From positions 54,011 to 74,010 of the IMG/VR virus record IMGVR_UViG_3300046837_000353: a stretch of 20,000 bases of DNA; one strand, written 5' to 3'. The position numbers and the translations under genes are program-made. The notes under the pieces were generated by a model. It did no database searches and had not been told where the DNA came from. It was given only the letters and a program-made list of their open reading frames with translations. Below, one piece after another: positions 14,617 through 20,000 of this stretch. This stretch comes from an uncultured virus (IMG/VR IMGVR_UViG_3300046837_000353). Taxonomy: Duplodnaviria; Heunggongvirae; Uroviricota; Caudoviricetes. Each line of letters starts with the position of its first letter. Position 1 is the stretch's first letter.

Positions 14617-17361
14617 TTGGCTGAAGTTACCGATCTCAAGCAAGTATCGGAAACAAAGAACCCGGTAAAGATAATACCGTCTGAGGTTCTGGCTAAGTCA
14701 GCCATGATTAGGCGGCCTTCAGTAGCAACTCGTAGTCCATTTGAAGTACCGAGCTTCCCGCCAGCAGTTGAGAACGCGCTAAAAGAGCGCGATATTCCAA
14801 CACTGGCGATGGATGAAACAATATCTGGAACCTTTGGTTGGGCGTCCAGAGATTTTATTGCCACAGCTTATGCTGAAGGCGTTGTGTTTATGGGCTATGC
14901 CTACCTGGCTAGTCTATCACAACGCCCAGAGTACCGGGTGGTTACAGAAGTTATTGCTTCTGAAATGACTCGTGAGTGGATTGAGTTAAAGGCCGCCAGT
15001 GGTGATGAAAGCAAGTCAGACAAGATCAAGAAAATCAATGACAAGATGGACAACCTTAGGATTAGAAAGGCATTTCAAAAAGCAACAGAGGCTGATGGTT
15101 TCTTTGGTCGCGGTCATTTATACCTAGACACCGGCAAAACTCACGATGACGAAGAGTTAAGGCTGGATTTGGGTGATGGTCGCAATCTGTTGAGTAAACA
15201 GAAGGTTGGTTCGTCAAAAAGTGGTAAAGCGCAAAAGCTGATTAGAGTCTTGCCGGTAGAGCCCACTTGGTGTTATCCTACCCGGTATGACTCGGTTGAT
15301 CCACTGAGCCCTGATTGGTATAACCCAATCACTTGGTTTGTAATGTCACGCGAGGTACATCGCTCAAGGTTGCTGACATTTGTTGGTCGAGAAATGCCGG
15401 ACATCTTGAAACCCGCCTATGCTTTTGGCGGGTTAAGCATGTCTCAAATGCTCAAGCCCTATGTCGACAATTGGTTAAGGACAAGACAGAGTGTCAGTGA
15501 TCTGATTCAGAACTTTTCACATAGTGTATTGAAAACCAATATGGACGCCACCACAGCGGTGGGTGGGGATGCACTTTTCGCTCGGGTTGCGTTGTTTAAC
15601 AATATCAAGAATAACCAAGGTGCAATGGTTATTGATAAGGATGCTGAAGATTTCAGTAATGTTAGTGCCCCATTGGGTGGACTGGATTCCTTACAAGCAC
15701 AATCTCAAGAACATATGGCGGCGATTGCCCGTATTCCACTGGTTAAGTTGTTGGGCATTCAGCCTGCTGGATTGAATGCAAGTAGCGAGGGTGAACTGGT
15801 TTCTTTTGAAGACTGGATTGCGGCATTTCAGGAAGTATTGTACCGGCCCAATCTGACCAAGATTATTGACCTTATTCAGTTAAGCGAGTTTGATGAAGTG
15901 GACGATGATATTACGTTTGACTTTAAGCCACTAAGACAAGAGAAGCCTGAAGAGATTGTTCAGAGAGAGCAAGTAAAGGCGACCACTAGAGAAACCTACT
16001 ATGGAATGGGTGCTGTAGATCCACAAGAGGTGCGAGATTCTCTTGCTCAGGATCCGGATAGTCCATTTGATGGTGTAGATCTAACAAAAGAACTTCCAGC
16101 ACCACCACAGCCTCCTGGTGTACCTGGTGTCCCACAACCACCAGGTGCTGCATCACAACCAGGAGGGCCAGGTGGACCACCGGGTGGGGGTCCACCATCA
16201 CCTGCTTCTGGGCCACCTGGTGCAGCGCCTCCGAAACAACCGAGCCGCCCCCCGGCCCCGGGCGGAGGCGCTCCTGGTGACAATAGTAATGATAATAATC
16301 AGAAATTAGTTGATCTATTGAATGCTAAGGTAGCGGCAGACGCTGGCTTTGATCCTAAAGACCATCCACATGCACCTGAAGGTACTAGTGGTGGTAAAGG
16401 TGGTCAGTTTGTCAGTAAAGGTTCTGGTGCATCGGCAGCTACAGCTCCCGCCGCACCAGCAAAGCCTGCAGCTAAGGCGCAGACTGCAAAGCCTGCTGCA
16501 AAGAAAGCAAAAACAACCACTGCCAAACCTAAGAAAGAATCAACCGTTGGGTATTACAGTCTAACTCCTGCCCCGGCCAATAAAGAAGATTGGCCAGAAC
16601 ATGCCAAAGACTTTAAGATCCCACCAGCCTGGACCGATGTTAGAATCAATATGGATCCTAACGCTAGGGGTCAACTAGCGGGTGGTAAAGACTCTAAGGG
16701 TCGTATTCAACCACTATTCCATCAGGAGTACAGAGATTCTCAGGATGCAAAAAAGTTTGAGCTTGAATTAAAGTTAACCCCACATATGCCGGAGTACAAG
16801 GAAGGAAATGATAAGAATTTGACTGCCTGGGATGGTCGAACTCGTGAACATGCTACATGTCTTGGTATAATCATGCAGATGGGCCTAAGGCCGGGTAGTG
16901 AACGAGATACAGGGGCTGAAAAGCAGGCTTATGGTGCGACTACATTACAAGGTAAGTTTGTCAAGACTGAGGGGGATAAGACATTTTTGAGATTTACAGG
17001 TAAGAAGGGTGTCTCGTTAAACTTACCAGTTGAAGATCCCGAACTTGCCGCCTCTCTGCGCAAGATGGCAGGGGAAAATCAGGGTAAGTTGTTCACGAAG
17101 ATCAATGATCAATCCTTGCGGGATTACACAAAACATATTACAAAGGGTTTAGGCAAGCCTAAGGATTTTAGGACGTTGTTTGCTAACAAGACTGCAAACG
17201 AAGTAATATCAAAGATGCGTGCACCCCCACCCGGTGATGATGCAGCTTTTAAGAAGGCCTGCCAACAGGTTGCATTGGCAGTATCGAAAAAGCTAGGCAA
17301 TACACCAGATGTCGCCTTGCGATCGTATATTAATCCGATCGTGTTCTCAGGCTGGAGATAA
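14617..17361 (+). CDS. Portal protein (DUF1073-type) fused to a C-terminal DNA topoisomerase IB domain, 914 aa
   Basis: aa ~65-490 portal-like (EMTREWI, VHRSRLL, IPLVKLLGIQPAGLNASSEGE, FDFKPL) and downstream of terL. aa ~494-555 Pro/Gly linker. aa ~665-914 TopIB motifs IPPAW, GKDSKGRIQ, LRPG, YGATTL, FTGKKG, KDFRT, LGNT..VALRSYI. TTG start with GGAGG. Confidence 0.9.
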   Translation: MAEVTDLKQVSETKNPVKIIPSEVLAKSAMIRRPSVATRSPFEVPSFPPAVENALKERDIPTLAMDETISGTFGWASRDFIATAYAEGVVFMGYAYLASLSQRPEYRVVTEVIASEMTREWIELKAASGDESKSDKIKKINDKMDNLRIRKAFQKATEADGFFGRGHLYLDTGKTHDDEELRLDLGDGRNLLSKQKVGSSKSGKAQKLIRVLPVEPTWCYPTRYDSVDPLSPDWYNPITWFVMSREVHRSRLLTFVGREMPDILKPAYAFGGLSMSQMLKPYVDNWLRTRQSVSDLIQNFSHSVLKTNMDATTAVGGDALFARVALFNNIKNNQGAMVIDKDAEDFSNVSAPLGGLDSLQAQSQEHMAAIARIPLVKLLGIQPAGLNASSEGELVSFEDWIAAFQEVLYRPNLTKIIDLIQLSEFDEVDDDITFDFKPLRQEKPEEIVQREQVKATTRETYYGMGAVDPQEVRDSLAQDPDSPFDGVDLTKELPAPPQPPGVPGVPQPPGAASQPGGPGGPPGGGPPSPASGPPGAAPPKQPSRPPAPGGGAPGDNSNDNNQKLVDLLNAKVAADAGFDPKDHPHAPEGTSGGKGGQFVSKGSGASAATAPAAPAKPAAKAQTAKPAAKKAKTTTAKPKKESTVGYYSLTPAPANKEDWPEHAKDFKIPPAWTDVRINMDPNARGQLAGGKDSKGRIQPLFHQEYRDSQDAKKFELELKLTPHMPEYKEGNDKNLTAWDGRTREHATCLGIIMQMGLRPGSERDTGAEKQAYGATTLQGKFVKTEGDKTFLRFTGKKGVSLNLPVEDPELAASLRKMAGENQGKLFTKINDQSLRDYTKHITKGLGKPKDFRTLFANKTANEVISKMRAPPPGDDAAFKKACQQVALAVSKKLGNTPDVALRSYINPIVFSGWR

Positions 17362-17558
17362 TGGCACCACTTCCTCAACCTTCCTATGGTGAATATGGCA
17401 ATCATGCTGATTTGCCAACTGACGAGGAGCGGGAGGAAGAGGTTGATGAGGATGCTCCAGTTAGTCAAGACTGGATAGACATCATGGGTTTTGACCCTGA
17501 TGAGCTAGATTGGGATGACGTGGAAGAACCCGAAACCACAGAGGAAGAAGATGCATAA
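17361..17558 (+). CDS. Very acidic 65-aa protein
   Basis: TAATG-coupled to the portal-TopIB gene; 26 D/E, 1 R, no K. Confidence 0.7.
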   Translation: MAPLPQPSYGEYGNHADLPTDEEREEEVDEDAPVSQDWIDIMGFDPDELDWDDVEEPETTEEEDA

Positions 17559-17898
17559 GGGGATTCAATCGATTTGGACAGCAGAACAAGACGAAATTCT
17601 AATCAAGGCGATAAATGATGGGATGGAACAAGGGTTGACACAAAAGAAAGTCATTATTGCATTGATGAAAGCATTTGATCGAGAGTATGGGAGTATACGA
17701 ACTCGAATTACCAGGCTGCGTGAGGAAAAGACGTTAGTTAACTATGTCCGCCGAAAAAGTAGAAAATCGGGCAGCGTACCTGGTGCTTATCAAAATTGGG
17801 TGGATACACGTAAGAAACCCTTCGTTAAGCCAAGTCTAAATCGACCGGATTGGTTTGACAAAGAGAATCTTCAGGAGCGAATACTTGCCGGAAGATAA
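17551..17898 (+). CDS. Myb/GcrA-like HTH DNA-binding protein, 115 aa
   Basis: WTAEQDEIL...FDREYGSIRTRITRL; ATG 17551 after GAGGA. Confidence 0.6.
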   Translation: MHKGIQSIWTAEQDEILIKAINDGMEQGLTQKKVIIALMKAFDREYGSIRTRITRLREEKTLVNYVRRKSRKSGSVPGAYQNWVDTRKKPFVKPSLNRPDWFDKENLQERILAGR

Positions 17899-18160
17899 TC
17901 CACCTATTGGTACTTTGGTGACCTGCGAAAACGGGCATCGAATTTGTGAGATAGTGGGACCAATTGCGGATTGGCGAGAAAAGACTGCACTGTCCGCTGG
18001 ATTTGGTAACTATACACCCGGTGAGAAACTTGTTGGACCTGGTGACATTGCAGCGTACTGCAGATGCCAACAATGTGGTGCCCCTTGGGTGGATGTACGG
18101 CCAAATGTCAGGGGTACGTTGAGTGCAAAAGTTCATCTCGAAACTGGTTGGTGGCCGTAG
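17885..18160 (+). CDS. Zinc-ribbon hypothetical protein, about 91 aa
   Basis: CENGH...CQQCGAPW; TTG start after AGGAG. Confidence 0.6.
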   Translation: MPEDNPPIGTLVTCENGHRICEIVGPIADWREKTALSAGFGNYTPGEKLVGPGDIAAYCRCQQCGAPWVDVRPNVRGTLSAKVHLETGWWP

Positions 18161-18187
18161 CTCTAACACCTTGCAAGGAGTACAAAA

Positions 18188-18676
18188 ATGGACATAGACA
18201 TTATGTGGTCGATGTTTAACAAGTATCGTCCGATGCTTGACGAGATGCATACGGCATGGTTGGTCATGCCTCCGTACAACAAAGATGTTCCCTTTGTTGA
18301 GGGAGCACCTATGGTTGGTCAGAGTCTGACCTGCACCATGGGTAACTGGAACCACATGGATGCAGAGCCTCATAGCTATGTATTCCAGTGGAAGCGTGAT
18401 GGTGCAGACGTAGATGGTGGTATTGAGCCCAACACCTATGCGGTTGCCGATTCCGATGCCGGTCATGTTATTACTTGTGTAGTGACGGCGACCAACGAAT
18501 ATGGGACGACCGAAGCTCCGCCGAGTAATGAAATCGAAATTCCGGCGGCGGATGGTTCAACTCGTTCCTCACGAGGCGCAGAAAAAGAAGAAAAAGAGGA
18601 AGATGATGACCACCGTTCGGGTCCACCGTCTCCAAGACGGGACAATAATCAACCCCAGCACCATCGCCGCACGTAA
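18188..18676 (+). CDS. Ig-like domain protein (possible head decoration), 162 aa
   Basis: VGQSLTCTMGNW...SYVFQWKRDG...TYAV...DAGHVITCVVTATNEYG; AAGGAG RBS; charged disordered tail. Confidence 0.8.
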   Translation: MDIDIMWSMFNKYRPMLDEMHTAWLVMPPYNKDVPFVEGAPMVGQSLTCTMGNWNHMDAEPHSYVFQWKRDGADVDGGIEPNTYAVADSDAGHVITCVVTATNEYGTTEAPPSNEIEIPAADGSTRSSRGAEKEEKEEDDDHRSGPPSPRRDNNQPQHHRRT

Positions 18677-18698
18677 TTGTTGAACAGGAGGAAGTCAA

Positions 18699-18818
18699 GT
18701 GTCGGATCCTCACCCACAAGAAGCACCACCACCTCCTCCACCTCCTGGTACCGCACCTATCGTCCCTAATCCTCATCCACCGGAGCCCGATAGGGAAGAG
18801 GAAAAGGAGCTCGTCTAG
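18699..18818 (+). CDS. 39-aa proline-rich peptide (MSDPHPQEAPPPPPPPGTAPIVPNPHPPEPDREEEKELV)
   Basis: GTG start after AGGAGG. Confidence 0.5.
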   Translation: MSDPHPQEAPPPPPPPGTAPIVPNPHPPEPDREEEKELV

Positions 18819-18923
18819 TAGACGGCTTTTAGGCGGTACACATGCGGTAAAGGGTCCTACGCATACCAAGCTGCTTAGGACCCGTTCATCCCACTAGAAA
18901 CCGAGCTCTATGGGACTCTTGCT

Positions 18924-20000
18924 ATGGCGTTCGATCAGACCAGCCCCGAGTTCTTAAGCCAAATGAGAAACTTTGCTCGAGGACTGTTGTCCTGGATCAA
19001 TGAAGAGGGTGAGGAAGAGGAGCACGATGAAGTGGGTGATCAAGCTAATGATGAGCAACCGCCACTGTTGAAAGTAAAGACGGTAACAGAGCATCATTAC
19101 GCTGATCCGAATGGTATGGCAACGGATCCTCCTGTCAGTGAAGCGCAACGTGGTGCAATGGGTGCTGCGGCTGGTGGTAATTCTACACTTGGCATTCCCC
19201 AATCGGTTGGTAAAGAGTTTATGAATGCCGACCCCGGTGGGAAATTGCAACAAAAGGCAAAGGATGGTGCGTATTATACTCGTACAGCAATAGGGGAAAG
19301 ACAAGAAAAGCCTGCTATAGATGATCAAAATGGTCGGTTTTCATTGTCACCCGACGGTCAATATGTTATTGATAATCAGACTGGTAACCAGCATAGCATT
19401 GATGACGTTATGCGGATTTTGTTTTCTGATGGTCAAAATGATTCTGCTGCAAGCTTGAAACCAGAAGTTACCGTAGCTAAGGATCCTGTTTCCAAGCCCA
19501 TGACACCCACAGGTATGTGGAAGAGCCCAAAGATTGATCCAAGTACTCGTAGTGGCAATCCTGGTGATAACGGGAAACCTCCTCTTGGTAATGGTGAGGG
19601 TGGAACAGCACTTGGGAACTTGCTCAAGTACACTGCTGGTGAAACCAGTCGTGATGATACCATGAAAGGTGGATCGATGGGCTATCAAGGTAATGGTTGG
19701 TCATCTCCTACAATTCCACCTCAAAAGGCAAAGGATGGTGGTCCCGGTAGTGGACCACAAAAGGGTAGGCAGCGTTCACTGCCGAAGGAACTACCGTCAG
19801 GTGAACTAAATACAAGTCCTTATAAAGGTTTGCCTGATCCTAAGTCTTCAAATGAAGCTGCTAAGGCGGCCATGAAGGCAAACATGCAGAAATATCAGTC
19901 TAGTGTTACGAATAGAAAACCCACAAGGGATGGTATTGGTGCCAGTATTGTAAAGGGTGCAACTACCGCAGTCAATAAAGCCAATACTGTATCCCAAGGT
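18924..20000 (+). CDS. Low-complexity head-region protein, over 359 aa, truncated by the window end
   Basis: Open frame from ATG 18924 (MAFDQTSPEF...) with no stop to 20000; missing from the ORF track. Contains ATDPPVSEAQRGAMGAAAGGNSTLGIPQSVGKEF and AKDGGPGSG. Confidence 0.8.
   Translation, partial: MAFDQTSPEFLSQMRNFARGLLSWINEEGEEEEHDEVGDQANDEQPPLLKVKTVTEHHYADPNGMATDPPVSEAQRGAMGAAAGGNSTLGIPQSVGKEFMNADPGGKLQQKAKDGAYYTRTAIGERQEKPAIDDQNGRFSLSPDGQYVIDNQTGNQHSIDDVMRILFSDGQNDSAASLKPEVTVAKDPVSKPMTPTGMWKSPKIDPSTRSGNPGDNGKPPLGNGEGGTALGNLLKYTAGETSRDDTMKGGSMGYQGNGWSSPTIPPQKAKDGGPGSGPQKGRQRSLPKELPSGELNTSPYKGLPDPKSSNEAAKAAMKANMQKYQSSVTNRKPTRDGIGASIVKGATTAVNKANTVSQG
19251..19740 (+). repeat. 19-bp dispersed direct repeat CAAAAGGCAAAGGATGGTG encoding QKAKDG
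   Basis: Exact copies at 19251-19269 and 19722-19740. Confidence 0.85.

Noticed and set aside
16560..17361. C-terminal domain of the portal ORF as a tyrosine integrase or an intein/homing endonuclease
   Set aside because: IPPAW, GxDxKGRxQ, FxGKKG and KDFRT are TopIB-type motifs. No HxxR box and no intein splice residues are present.
13434..19688. Minus-strand ORFs in the late region (e.g. 13598-14101, 16047-16283, 17825-18466, 18954-19328, 19347-19688)
   Set aside because: Antisense shadows of well-supported plus-strand genes; their low complexity mirrors the Gly/Pro codons.
1..20000. tRNA or rRNA genes
   Set aside because: No cloverleaf or rRNA-like sequence recognised by eye; tRNAscan-SE or ARAGORN would be needed to exclude them.

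Overview
Window from a tailed dsDNA phage (or prophage). An alphaproteobacterial host is my inference, not shown. Bases 1-9470 are an early/accessory region of short genes, mostly on the minus strand, arranged in promoter-gene(s)-terminator cassettes. Eight copies of a conserved element drive them: TTGC-N8-GCAA dyad, GCTTATAT, and in seven copies a GTCAGA..GGAG leader. Recognisable products are DUF6011, an OB-less ligase-type nucleotidyltransferase, a SWIM finger, a SLOG protein, an ADP-ribosyltransferase-fold protein and DUF3846. From about 9500 the late region starts with an RfaH/NusG-like gene preceded by an ops-like site. It continues with terS, a small lipoprotein, terL, a collagen-repeat protein, two small membrane proteins and a 914-aa portal. 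The top finding is that this DUF1073-type portal is fused through a Pro/Gly linker to a type IB topoisomerase domain with all five catalytic residues, followed by a coupled, very acidic 65-aa ORF. Recurrent A-x-D motifs in the portal and the last, truncated ORF suggest head-protease processing of packaged cargo. All family assignments come from motif recognition by eye; no database search was run.
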